Part shown: positions 39,591 through 52,677 of the stretch, piece by piece | How positions within the stretch are numbered: the first letter of the stretch is position 1 | Layout of the letters: each line of letters begins with the position of its first letter | Assembly (NCBI GenBank): GCA_951406725.2 | Contig: OX597818.1 | Span: forward strand, 20,894,001 to 20,958,000 | DNA: 64,000 nucleotides | DNA from: Octopus vulgaris | Taxonomy: Eukaryota | Direction of reading: 5' to 3' | Translations under genes and position numbers: made by a program | Notes under the pieces: model-generated | Databases searched by the model: none | What the model was told of the DNA's origin: nothing | The model's input: only the letters and a program-made list of their open reading frames with translations

Positions 39591-40629
39591 AAGCATACAG
39601 CCTACACAAGCATGAAAAATAGATGTTAAATGATGATGATGACGATGACAATGACAATAACAATGATGGCAACAATAATGACAACAACGATGATGACCAC
39701 ACACACACACGCACACGCACACACACACACACACACACATCTAAAGAGTTTCCTTCAGTTTCTATCAATGAAATCCACTCACAAGGCTCCGGTTGGCTTA
39801 AGGCTATAGCTTATTTAACTTACTACACAATGGAACTGAACCCAGAATTACATGATTGGGAAGAAAACTTAGGCTGCAAAAGCCAGAACAAATACCACAA
39901 GATAACCCAATCAATCAATTCACCCCTTGCAAATGCCTCTCTGAAATGGAGTACAGTTTTGTTGAAGATTGCGCAAGGAGAACATTGAGGTTCTTCAAGA
40001 ATTAACTTCTACTAAGTTCCTAATTATAGCTAGGAGCTTTTGGAATTCCCATAAAACTTTACGATCTCCCAGGGTTGTCATTGCTTGGTTTGTAGTCTAA
40101 AGTAATGTTCATGAAGTTGACAGTTATTAGGTTAATGGTAATATTTATGTTTAAACAAAATTCTTTGATAATTCCAATTAATTTCTTCATATTTATAGTG
40201 TGGCCATTCATATTGTTTGAGATTGTCAGGCCATTGTAGAAACATGAGCTGTTACAGGACGTGTACTTCTCGAGGTGTCCTGAATAAGTCTAAGATCCAC
40301 AACCCCAGCCCTGTTGCACATCCCCATAGTCATGCCAAGCAGGAAATTACCTTTTTTGACCTATTTGGTGCCATCATGATATAAAAGTGACTTTCCATTG
40401 TGCACCTTTATTTTAATATCATTGTTGTTAATCCTAGTGAATTGCTTCATTTAGTCCAAGGCTTTCAGTTGGATGAATTTCATTATGGAAAGATAAACAT
40501 TTATGATATCAAACTGAGTGAATCTTCAGGCTGCTTTTTTCTCAGTACCACAGAATGAATGATCAGACATGCTCCCTGTTTCTGCAAAACTTTAAGAAAT
40601 GCAAATCTGAATCAAGCTGTTAATGCAAA

Positions 40630-40709
40630 TCTCTCTCTATATAAACGGCAGTTTGTCTGTGTGCATAGGGGACGCAACAAACCCGAGCAACGCTGGGCGA
40701 TACTGCTAG
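40630..40709 (+). mobile_element. 80-bp mini-Helitron, deletion derivative of the 8428 family
   Basis: Same 5' tctctctctatataaacggcagtttgtctgtg and 3' hairpin+CTAG, located between A and T. Confidence 0.85.
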
Positions 40710-41399
40710 TATTCAATATTTACAACATGTTTTAAGTGCTGTATTATTAAGTTTACTTCCCGGTAACTTAGTGGTTTGACATAAAAGACTGATAGAATAA
40801 GTGCTGGTCTTAAAACAAAATAAGTACTTGAGTAAAGCTTCTCAAGGTTGCAACCAATTTTTCTACCCAATAGGGATTTTCAATTCAATATTTAAGCGCT
40901 ATTATTTATAGCTTTTGTGTGCGCTTTGAGATATGCTATTCCAAAGAAGAAATATTTCATGTACTCTTGAAAGTTTATAAAATCCTTATGATGTCAGCAA
41001 TATCATGTTGATTCGCTAGCCTCTGCATGCATTTTTTCTCTCCTTTTTTTTTCTCTCCTTGTTTCTCTCCGTGTTTCTTTTCTGTGTATCTTTCTGTTGA
41101 AGAGCGTAGGCTTGAAACGTAAAAAACTTGTTTTATTTATATTCCTGAGCGCCATACTAATACAATTGTTTGTATGTATTCCACCTGCCTTTGTCTTTTG
41201 TTTATATATATGTATATATATATGTATGTGTGTGTGTGTGTGTGTGTGTGTATGTATTTTCCTTTATCTAGTTATTTAGCTGTATATGCATCATTTATGT
41301 ACTGTATTCCTTCCTTCAATGACTACTGTCTTTAATCTTCATCTTTCACCATCACCCACCCCCACACACACACACACACACAAACATACATTCTCGTAG

Positions 41400-41628
41400 G
41401 AAGGAGCCTTCAGTGTGTGGACACCAAACATGCAGCTTGATCGATCCTATGACATAACAGCCAATGACAAAGTGGAGTCAACTGGTACCAAAAGAAGGTT
41501 TAAGAAATGGGTTACTGATGCCATCTACATGAACAACTGCAACAAAATTGTGGTGGGCACCAGCAGCAGGGAGCTAAGATTTTATGATATCTCCACCAGC
41601 CATTTCTTTGAAGAGTTCCATCTCTTTG
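41400..41628 (+). CDS. WDR49: WDR49-like exon
   Basis: cgtag|EGAFSVWTPNMQL...KWVTDAIYM...ELRFYDIS...FHLF-G|gtaaga; phase 0-1. Confidence 0.92.
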
Positions 41629-42556
41629 GTAAGAACATTTTTTTTATATTCATTTTGTTTTAATCCTATAGAGACAAGACATATAATTGCTTTCAGCACC
41701 CCACAAAAGACCCTAAACTTGGGAAGGAATCTTAATACTTCCATGGTTATATTTTTAGCATCAAATGTATTTCTTCCCAGTAAACCCTAAGGAGCCATTA
41801 ATCTTTGCATTATCATATTTCTAAAGCAATTCCTCACCATAATCCCTAAGAGACTCTTAATGTTTAAGGATCTCAATCATTCTTTGATCTATATTGTAAA
41901 GAAAAGAAATGTCATTCCTCTCAGAAACTTTTGAGGGATCCTTAACTTTTCCATAATTATATTTATCTAATTTTCCCAGTAGATATCAAGGGGTCCTCAA
42001 ATGGAAAATTAACATTTCCATCATACCATTTCTAAGAAATGTAATTCTTCCCAATAGCCTCTCAGGAATCTCAACCCTTCTATGATTATATTTCTGACAA
42101 TTGTACTTCTTCCTTGTAGTTCCTAGGGAAATCTTAAATTCCTTAATTCTTCCATGATTATTTTACCAAGAAAATAATTAACATAGGATAATTATTGTCC
42201 TAAAAACAATACAATACAATAGTAATAATATTCAGTTATCAGGGCATGTTTCAACTGCCTGGGGTCATCCTGGCTGCTGGCAGTATGAATGGCAGGGTAG
42301 TTAGTATACCAGCTATCCTGATATCCCTGAACCATCCCTGAACAGTCAACAGGCAGACTGAGATCAAGAGGAGTGATTAATAAATATGGTGAAGGGTGGG
42401 TGAGGGTTGTAAGAAGCAGTGGGATGAAACTTTTGGTGAGAAGACAGGAGATACGAAGAAGAAATTGAGAGAGGGGAGATGAGCCCTATGTTAACCCTTT
42501 TGATATCAATCTGCCTGAGACTACCCCTGGTTCTATGATATAAACTTCCTGTTTAA

Positions 42557-42961
42557 CCCTTTAGCATTCAAACTGGCCATAATATTTAACCTGTTTTATG
42601 TTGGAACTGACCAAATCCACTTCTCACCTCAACACTATAATGCTAATCTAAAACTAGACAATCACATCATAGAATTCTCTAAACTACAAGAATTATTCAA
42701 AGCAATATAAATAAACAAACATTAAGAACCAGAAACATGCATGTCTTCAGGTTGCTAGTCTTAGCTGGTGGGGGTGCTTGCCTCCCCTTTGCAAATATGA
42801 GGACACAGGAAATGTGTCAAAGCCGACAGGAAGCGTCGATGCTTCCTAGGGCTAAATAGCGGTGGTGTAATTCCCTTTACGGGACTGTCACATTATGTTG
42901 ACATTATGCAACCACTCTAAACAAACATTATATTTGACAAAGTAATTTGAATACTAAAGGG
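42557..42961. mobile_element. piggyBac-like MITE (TTAA TSD) carrying a 193-bp insertion
   Basis: TTAA|ccctttagcattc ... gaatactaaaggg|TTAA; relatives at ~31531-31727 and ~35764-36310. Confidence 0.72.
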
Positions 42962-43527
42962 TTAAACCAATCAAAATTGAAACCTTCCCTTAAAATTCCA
43001 TGTTAGTTTATGTTCCAGATAGCTTAATAATGGCAAAAGCATTTTACTAAATCCTTCTATACTTTGAAAATTAATTGAAACAAAAGCAGGGTATTTCAAT
43101 AGAAATATAATAATGAAAGAACCAAGAAACTTAACTGACCTTATTTGTTAGCTGGTTTATGTTAATACCAAAGGGACTTTTGGATCATCTTATGCATTCA
43201 TTCTTCATCTTCATCATCATCATCTTTATCATCATCATTTAATGTCTGTTGTCTATGCTGGCATGGGTTAGACGATGTGACCAGAGCTGGCAAGCAGGGG
43301 TGTGTGTAATAATACTTACATAGACCATTTTTCATAAAACAAGCAACTGAGAGAAAAATCAGATCTTCCAAAAATGAACAATTTGTTTCTCAAGGATTCC
43401 CAAGTGAAAGAATCATAAAACCAAATGATTAAATCTAATGATTTTTATGTTTTCATCTCACAGAATCTTTGAAATTACAAACAACAAACGAATATATTTT
43501 CATTATAAAAATTTTGTTTTTCTATAG

Positions 43528-43574
43528 GAATGTCTGATGTGCCATATTGCTTTGACTACTGGTATGACAAAGCA
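43528..43574 (+). CDS. WDR49: WDR49-like exon
   Basis: tatag|(G)MSDVPYCFDYWYDKA|gtaagt; 47 nt, phase 1-0. Confidence 0.88.
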
Positions 43575-45127
43575 GTAAGTATTCATATTCTTCACTGTTA
43601 TAGGCTTCAGAAATACTCAGTAATGTGGTGGTGGTGGTGGTGGCGGTGGCAGTGGCGGTGGTGGAAGTGGTGATGGTGAAGTTAGTATTGTCTCGTCCTG
43701 GGCGAACAATTGTTGAATAGACTAACAATTACCTAATATGTGCTTTGGTTGCATTTCCATTTGCCAGAAGTTTTGTAGGAAATGATCCATTAATATGCTT
43801 TTGTTAGCACGCCAGGCGAAATGCGTAGCCGTATTTTGTCTGCCGTTACGTTCTGAGTTCAAATTCCGCCGAGGTCGACTTTGCCTTTCATCCTTTCAGG
43901 GTCAATAAATTAAGTACCAGTTACGCACCGGGGTCGATGTAATCGACTTAATCTGTTTGTCTGTCCTTGTTTGTCCCCTCGGTGTTTAGCTCCTTGTAGG
44001 TAGTAAAGAAATATATTCATGCTCATCATCAGAAATATTTTTAATATTTTGCAGTGTGGTAAGAAATCTGCTTCCCAACCACATGGTTTTGAGTTCAATC
44101 CCCCTGTATGGTAGCTTGGGCAAGTGTCTTCGAAAATAGCCCCAGGCCAACCAAAGCCTTGTGAATGGATTTGGTGGATGGAGACTGAAAGAAGCCTCTG
44201 TGTGTGTGTGTGTGTGTGTGTATGCACACATGTGTGTATGCACATGCATGTGTGTGTATGCACATGCATATGTGTGCACATGTATTACTGTCTCTTTACC
44301 TTGACTTTGCATGGTAGCTATTAAATGAGTATCACTTCCATGCAAGTGGTATCTTTCATTTCCAGTCTTCTAGAAAGCAGGTGAGGGTTAGAGACAGGAA
44401 GAGCATCCCATAGAAAAATCCACTTCAACAAATCCCGTCTGACCCATGCAAGCATGGAAAAGTGGATGTAAAAACTATGGTGATTTATCTCATTGCTCTC
44501 TTTCTTAGAGACAGTGTTGTATATAGTATAATGTTAGTAACAACATCAATCTGTATCAGAAAGTTGTACTTTAATGATGTTTCGAGGAAGCTGCTATTCA
44601 TTTATGTATGTCAGAGAAATTTGACCTAATAGAGATTTTTGATTATCTCTTGCTGGTCCTTTTTATTGTCTCTGTTATCCCATTAGTGTTTTGTAGCTAT
44701 CTCCTGCTTTTTTGGTTAACAAAAGCAAAACTTTCAAAATGAGTATGAGTCTCAGACAGTAGTTCTCAAAGTGGGCAGTAACACCCATACTGGGGGCGGT
44801 GGAAGATCTAGGGGGCGTTGTAGAAAAATGGGGAGATAACGGGGTGACCAAAACGGGGCAATGGATATAAAAACAAAAAAAAACAAAATAGACGATTAAT
44901 TAGGTTAAGTTTTATTTGTGAAATACTGTTGCTTTGAATTTGCTGCAGAAAATGGTCTATGTCTGTGATGATGAGTGGTGGGGAGCACTAGCATCAGTTG
45001 TCAAGCGATGTTGGGGGGGGACAAACACAGACACACAAACATATACACACACATACACACACACATATATATAGCTTTCAGTTTCCATATCCACTCACAA
45101 GGCTTCCTGTCAATATTATCAGCATCC

Positions 45128-45484
45128 AAGGTGGCGAACTGACAGAAACGTTAGCATACCGAGCGAAATGCTTAGAGGTATTTCATCTCTCTTTGTGTTC
45201 TGAGTTCAAATTCTGCTGAGGTCAACTTTGCCTTTCATCCTTTTGGGGTCGATAAATTAAGTACCAGTTACGCACTGGGGTTCGATGTAATCAACTTAAT
45301 CCCTTCGTCTGTCCTTGTTTGTCCCCTCTATGTTTAGCTCCTTGTGGGCAATAAAGAAATAAGAAATGTTAGCACGCCGGGCAAAATGCTTAGCGGTATT
45401 TTGTCTCTCTTTATGTTCTGAGTTCAAATTCCACTGAGGTTGACTTTGCCTTTCATCCTTTCAGGATTAATAAAATAAGTACCA
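45128..45484 (+). mobile_element. SINE dimer, same family
   Basis: Junction aaagaaataag|aaatgttagcacgccggg. Confidence 0.8.
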
Positions 45485-45738
45485 TATTTATATAGATATG
45501 TATTTAAGTATGCATGTGAGTAGCAGAAATAAGTCTTTGAGAATCAGTTTTTAGTTGGACTAAAAAAACCTGGGCATTCACTGGTAGCTTCAATGCTGCT
45601 TGACAGCACTGAGGAGTGGGGATCAATATTATTGAAAGGCACTAAAATCCTTGTTGTTTTCAGTCAACAGCTGATGAAGAAAATGCTCTGTGATGCAAAC
45701 AATATGTAAAATATAAACCATATTTATCTTTCTTGCAG

Positions 45739-45876
45739 AATTTAAACAGTGAATCTTTGTTAGTGTGTGGTTTGGATTCTGGAACTCTTGGATTATTCTA
45801 CTTTAAAAAGCCAGTTACTCAGCTCTTTGAGACCCCTTTTAAAAATGAACCTGGAGCTCTGAAGGTTTTCATACAG
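45739..45876 (+). CDS. WDR49: WDR49-like exon
   Basis: tgcag|NLNSESLLVCGLDSG...ALKVFIQ|gtgagc; 138 nt. Confidence 0.9.
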
Positions 45877-47438
45877 GTGAGCATTCAACTTAATCTTCAT
45901 CATTTTTTTTTTCTCTTCTCCATTTGTTTTACTGTCTTTCTCTTTTTTGGTATTCTTCGATCCCTTGATAGACCAATGATTATCCCTAATCTCTTAGTAC
46001 TTACAAATGGTCTGGGTAATATTTAGACTATCATGTTTAAACCCTTCATGAGACCTTGATTCCAGATAATGTATAAACTTTTGATAATGTCTGGATCCTT
46101 GATGATATCAAAGACCCTTTATAAGGTCTAGTGCCTCTGTAATATCTGTTTTTGATAATGTTAGAACAATATAGAGATAATACAGAGATTCTTGATAAAG
46201 TATTGACATCTATAATAATGAATGCCAAAATGAATTTCTGTGTGTCAGTGTGTCACACTTTGACCTCCTTCTCTCACTATTCAGTGACACTTCTACTATT
46301 CCTCATGATGGGGTGAAAGTAATAGTATACATAGAAACAGTGAGGGCAGTAGCAGATTGACGGTTGTGATGATAATGGAGTGATAGTATGAGCTGCAGTT
46401 GTGATAGAGTGGGAGGGACAGCGATGATGTTGGTGGTGGTGGTAGCTGAGGCAGTCAGGGATGATGGTGATAGTAAGCAATGTGAGGGACATTGGTGATG
46501 GTAGTGCAGGGGAAGGTGGCGAAGTCAAAGGTATTGATGGTGGTGGTGGCACAGGGGAAGGTGGCAAAGTCAAAGATATTGATGGTGGTGGTGTCAAAAG
46601 TCTGAATGGTGTGTATGACAGTTGTGGTAGCAATGATGATGGTACTGGTAATCTTGATGGCTGAAAACATCAACAAAAAGACAGATAGAGAAAGAAAGAG
46701 GTTAGACAGAAAAAAAATTGTACTGACCCCTGAATGGGGAGACAAAAAATGTCGTTTATTTGCAGCTTTGCAATAAGTTCCAAGTTGACAAATTATATCA
46801 TTGTTTTGATGAAAATTATTCATTGCTTGAAAAATATTGGTCAAGTTTAATAAAATTTGATATGTATTCAATGCATGAAGTATCACTGTTGGGCTCAAGG
46901 CCCAATGAAGAGCCCTCCACAGGAGCTAGCTTAAAAGACAATAAGGCAGCTTTTAAGCTAGTTTTTAATAAAAGTAAGATTGTTGATAATATCTAAACCT
47001 GTAATAATATCAAGATCCTTGATAATGTATAAAATCCTTGATAATAAAGAGACCCTTGGTAATGTATAAACCTTGCATATTGTTAAACTCCTTGATAATG
47101 TTTGAAGTTTTGATAATTTCTAAACCTTTGATATTATGGAGATCCTTTGCAGCATAATGACTTTGTAATACCTAAACCTTTGATAATATCACAACTCATG
47201 ACAACTTGATAAACTTATAATCTCATGATAAAGTACAAATGCTTTATAATATATGGTAGTGGTGGTTACTGTAGGGGTGGGTGTGCTGGCGGTGGTTGTG
47301 GGAGCAGCAATATTAAAAATGGTTACAATGAAGATGAAGAAGATCACCATCATTATCATCTTCCTCACCATTATCATTATCATCATTGTCATAACACATT
47401 TCTTCAACAGTGCATTTCCAACTTTCCTTTATTCGCAG

Positions 47439-47630
47439 GATTTGAAATCTCAACATTCCAAGTGGGTGAGATATACCTGTCTACCTGCACTCCACTCCGA
47501 GATGATCCGACAGGTGAAATATCTGCCAGAGAATGGTGCCATCATTTCATCCAGCAGTTGCCCAAACAGTTCTCTGTTGATATCTGACATCAACAGGTTC
47601 AAACAGACCTATGTCTTCAAATCCCCAAAG
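47439..47630 (+). CDS. WDR49: WDR49-like exon
   Basis: cgcag|DLKSQHSKWVRY...HSEMIRQVKYLPEN...YVFKSPK|gttttt; 192 nt. Confidence 0.88.
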
Positions 47631-47678
47631 GTTTTTTGTTTCACTTTTTTAATAATAGTTTTTGACGATTAATATTAA

Positions 47679-47970
47679 GTATTAGTCATAGGGGTGTCCA
47701 CATCTCAGTTGTTGCTTTTCAAGACTTTTCTACAATGCATGCTCCAGCTGTCTTCAGAGGCGTCTTGTGATTCACCTTAATGCCTTACCTCGGATTGAAC
47801 TCAGCACCTCTAGGGGACTGCACTACATTAACTAGTGCCTTTATCCACTATGCTATGCCATAGGTAGTGTCAGAGAGAATTTTTAAGGCTTATAAACCCC
47901 CATTGACGTCTTATGTTGGCTCTGTAGTGAAAAGCAACAACCAAGATGAAGACACTATTCTAACTAATAC
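47679..47970 (-). mobile_element. Short element with 42-bp imperfect terminal inverted repeats and internal Pol III A/B boxes
   Basis: gtattagtc...gttgttgcttttc / gaaaagcaacaac...actaatac; minus-strand TAGCATAGTGG and GAGTTCAATCC. Confidence 0.6.
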
Positions 47971-48203
47971 ATAATATAGATCAATACAAAGCTGACATAA
48001 AATATAAGTGAGATAGGTGCATCATCATCATCATCATCATTTAACATCCACTTTTTCATGCTTGCATAGATCAGATGGAATTCATTGAGGCAGATTTTCT
48101 ACAACTGGATGCTCTTCCTGTTGCCAAACCACACCTGTTTCCAAGCAAAATAATATTTTCCCGAAGCTAGACATGATTTTCATAGAAGACTGGAAATGAA
48201 CAA

Positions 48204-48434
48204 GGCGGCGAGCTGACAGAACCATTAGCACGCTGGGCAAAATGATAAGCTGTATTTCGTCTGCCGTTACGTTCTGAGTTCAAATTCCGCTGAGGTCAAC
48301 TTTGCCTTTCATCCTTTCAGGGTCGATAAATTAAGTACCAGTTACACACTGGGGTCGATATAATTGACTTAATCCCTTTGTCTGACCTTGTTTGTCCCCT
48401 CTATGTTTAGCCCCTTGTGGGCAATAAAGAAATA
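48204..48434 (+). mobile_element. Single full SINE with ~19-bp TSD agaagactggaaatgaaca
   Basis: Direct repeat on both flanks; inserted in an RTE 3' remnant. Confidence 0.88.
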
Positions 48435-51280
48435 AGAAGACTGGAAATGAACAGCCTTATTTACATAATGATGTATGAGTTAAACTAATTAAAACGGTGT
48501 AGATATAAATCGTCATAAATATATAATCTAAAGATGTGGTTAATGGACTGAAAAATTATCATCTTAATAATAACCGTTCCTTTCAGTGTGTCAGCGTTTA
48601 AGAAAGAATCTTTATACTTCTAAACTAAGTGTAGTTTAGAAATATAAAAATTCTTTAATTTTCTCTGAGACTGCATAGTTATGAAATCCAAGAATAAGAC
48701 ACCCGATAACGATTTGAGATCAGACTGTCTATAAATCTCATTGAAATAACGATGAGGTTGATAGACAGGAAAATTATAATCTTAGTGATAGTATGTTATA
48801 CCAGACATTTACACATTCAATATCAGGTTAGTTACGGCACCCTAACCTAACCCAATGCAAATAATGAAAAAAACTCAATGCAAAATTGCTATGATAAGTT
48901 CAGACAGTAATGGAAAATAACTGCGATTGTCAAAAAAGTTCATACTAATCCATACTCTGTTTATTGATATTGAATGGAAAATAATTTTATTTATCATCCA
49001 AAATCGGCAATATGTACAGCTTTACTTTCCTATATAAACTTCACTGAGATCATGTTTAACAGCAGATTAAACTAGCATATCAGCTACTTCTAGTATTGAT
49101 CTACGTAAAACAACATGTCAATAGCCCAAGTTATGTTTGGCAAAGAAAAATAAAAACGAGACACGATTAGTTTTGGACAGAGTAATCTCCCTTGGATATG
49201 GGTTTAAAAAAAAAACTTCCAATAGGTGATTGACAGAAAATATATTTTATTTTATACTTTGAAGCTAAAAAAACAAAAAACAAAGAAAAAACAATCTTAT
49301 CTAATATCAATTCACTGTCATATCCACATGACTGAGCTGAGGTTACACAACAGAATTTATGAATTCTTCTTCATGAATAAGAAAATACTGAATCATAGAG
49401 TCACTAGTCTAACACTGAGCTAAGACACTCACCACTTCTGTTTTCATCAAACATTGATCATGGATATCTATTCAGATCAATATCTATTCGTCATGAAACC
49501 ATGATCTTGTTGTAATATAGACACTATACTACAAATATACATATACCGATTTTTATACTCTTACTTGCAAGAGAATTTTATTGGTTTCAGATTTTGGCAC
49601 AAGGCCAGGGGAGTGTATAAGTCGATTACTTTGACCCCCTGTATTCAACTGGTACTTATTTTATCGACCCCGAAACAATGAAAGGCAAAGTCAACCTTGG
49701 CAGAAATTGAACACAGAACATGAAAATGGATGAAAAGTCATTAAGCATTTTACCTAGAATGCTAACAATTCTGCCAGATCAATGCCTTATTACAAGAGAA
49801 TATCGAGCACTAATGTTTATTGTAAAGCCATAAAGTGACACACCTCATATATAATATTTACTCTCTTAAGTCTTTCAGTCTTTGGACTGTGGCCATGGTG
49901 GGTCACAACCTTCATTCGAATGGGATAGGCTACTCAATCCGAAGAAAATTCTAACTGGGCCCCACTTGCAAGGTCATGTGCTGTTTATCTTGATTATAAA
50001 ATCACCATGTCATGCACATATGGTTGTGATGCATGTGTCTGGTGAATCCTTATCAGACGGTTAGTCATGATGGGTATATTGGGCTTCGTATATTTGTACT
50101 CCAGTGTCACTTTGATGTCATGCACTGCTTCCTCACTCACTCACTCAATAATAATTAATAATAACAAGGCCTGAAATTTTGGGGGAGGGGAGTAGTCAAG
50201 TACATCAACCCCCCCGCCAGAGTTTCACTTGTACTTAATTTATCAAACAATAAAAAACAATATAAATTAAACAAAGTAAAACTCCCAATAGGGGAGACGC
50301 TTTAAAGGTCCTTGTAGAAAACCCCACAAAAGCCATGGATATCAGATCTTTTATTTTTACAGGTGTATACTCAGAATTGTGGAGGCACATGGCCTAGTAA
50401 AAGTTGAACAAATTGATACCAGTAATTACTTTTTACTTTTTATTAAGTCTGGTACTTAATCTACATTTTCACCAAACCACTAAGTAAACAAACCAACCAC
50501 TGTTATCAAGCTGGGCAAGTGTCTTCTACTGTAGTTCCAGGTTAACCAATGTTTTGTGGGTAGATTTGGTAAATAGAAACTGTACAAGCCCCCACCATAC
50601 ATCCATTAATCTATGCTAGCATGAGTTAGACAAATACATATTAATAAAGCAATCTATGTCTACACTTTTTTAGTTAGTTTAACTTATACATCATTAGACA
50701 AACAAGGTGGTTCATTTCTAGTCTTCTATGAAAATTATGTCTAGCTTCGGGAATATATTGCATTACTTGGAATCATATAAAGGTTGACGGCAGGAAGAGC
50801 ATCTGGTCGTTAAACAAATACATATTATTAAGGCAATCTAGATGTCTTTCTGGTCACTAACCTTACCTGAATGGGATTTTAGTCCTATCACTAACCCTAA
50901 CCCAAAGAGATTTTTATTTCTCATGTCTTTGGAAAGAAAGAGCTTTCAGATGATTTGTTGACTGGGAAATGTCATCAAAGAATACCATCCATAGCTCAGC
51001 TTAGTAGAGAATATAATACACACCACACACACACATTAATGCTATATATAAAAATAATCTTTTCTACAATAGGCAAAAGGCCTGAAATTTGTGGGCAGTA
51101 AGTCAATCACATCAACCCCAGTACTTGGCTGGTACTTAATTTATTGACACTGAAAGGATGAAAGGCAAAGTCAACCTCAGTGGAATTTGAAGTTAGAATG
51201 TAAAAATGGGCAAAGTATTGCTAAGCATTTTGCCCAGCATGGGGAAATCTTTAAATGAACACTCTCATATATATATATAT

Positions 51281-51627
51281 AAAAAGCACCATCCATTCGT
51301 GGCCATTGCCAGCCTCGCCTGGCCCCCGTGCCGGTTGCATGTAAAAAGCACCATCCGTTCATGGCCATTGCCAGCCTTGCCTGGCCCCCGTGCCGGTGGC
51401 ACATAAAAAGCACCATCCGATTGTGGCCGTTTGCCAGACTCGTCTGGCACCTGTGCCGGTGGCACATAAAAAGCATCCACTACACTCATGGAGTGGTTGG
51501 CGTTAGGAAGGGCATCCAGCCGTAGAAACATTGCCAGATCAAACTGGGCCTGGTGCAGCCTTCTGGCTTCCCAGACCCCAGTTGAACCGTCCAACCCACG
51601 CTAAACGATGATGATGATGATGATGAT
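51281..51627 (+). mobile_element. RTE 3'UTR fragment with three ~62-bp internal repeats
   Basis: Repeated aaaaagcacc...gtgccggtggcac units, then the conserved 3' end. Confidence 0.8.
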
Positions 51628-51710
51628 ATATATATATATATATATGTATATGTATATCTGTGTGTCTGTGTATGTCTTATTTTATTAATGTTACCCCATC
51701 AAACTTTCAG

Positions 51711-51902
51711 GGAGTTGAATGTTTCGACTACAACAAAAGCATAAACATCCTTGTTAGTGGAAGCGCAAACCACAACGTCCAGTTATGGAACCCTTACATG
51801 ACCAGTAAACCAATTGCAATCCTGCGGGGTCATAATACAGGAGTCATTGCGGTGGCTCTACACAAGGCATTGCTGCAAATTTTCAGTCTTTCACGTGATG
51901 CT
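51711..51902 (+). CDS. WDR49: WDR49-like exon (WD40)
   Basis: ttcag|GVECFDYNKSINILVSGSANHNVQLWNPY...LRGHNTGV...SRDA|gtaagt; 192 nt. Confidence 0.93.
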
Positions 51903-52066
51903 GTAAGTTAGCATTTATATAACATATATACAATTTGTTGATTTTTTTTTCATTTTTATCTCTTTTGTTTTTCTTTAATCCTTTAGCATTTAAACCAGCC
52001 ATATCCAGCCAAAATTTTCTACCTGTTTTATGTGAGTGTATATATGTGTATATATGTGAGTGTATG

Positions 52067-52069
<3 letters not shown>

Positions 52070-52098
<29 letters not shown>

Positions 52099-52159
52099 TG
52101 TATGTATGTATGTATGTATAGCTTCCTAGATAGATAGATAGACAGACAGACAGGCAGGC

Positions 52160-52230
<71 letters not shown>

Positions 52231-52334
52231 TAGATAGATAGATAGATAGATAGACAGATAGATTGATTGATTGATTGATAGATAGATAGATAGATAGATA
52301 GACAGAGACAGGATAGCAGGTAGGCAGGTAGACA

Positions 52335-52370
<36 letters not shown>

Positions 52371-52466
52371 TAGCTTCCTAGAAAGATAGATAGATAGAGA
52401 CAGGATAGCAGGTAGGTAGGTAGACAGGCAGGTAGGCAGACAAGCAGACAGACAGACAGATAGATA
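52070..52466. repeat. Compound (TATG)/(TAGA)/(CAGA)n microsatellite
   Basis: Direct inspection. Confidence 0.93.
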
Positions 52467-52677
52467 GCTAGCTATGTTTGGTTGAGAAGCTTGCTTTTGA
52501 GTGGAAGATGGAAACTGAAGTAAGCCTGTCATATGTATATATGTATGAGTATAAAGCAAAATTTCAAGATGATGATGGTGCACGAGTATTTGTAAATGTT
52601 TGTTTGTGTGTGTATGTGTGTGTATAATGATACATATTGTTTTCCTTATGACATTTTTCTCCAATCTTTTTCCCAAG

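Noticed and set aside
45623-45655. cagca-CTGAGGA-gtg..cac-TAAA..tgttg hammerhead-like string
   Set aside because: G12 is missing and there is no stem III; too degenerate
48740-48800. Faint resemblance to a bacterial 23S rRNA 3' end
   Set aside because: Short, AT-rich and explained by a local hairpin
51281-51482. CRISPR-like repeat-spacer pattern (also 31165-32200)
   Set aside because: Eukaryotic context, the spacers are homologous to each other, there are no cas genes, and these are LINE UTR or satellite repeats
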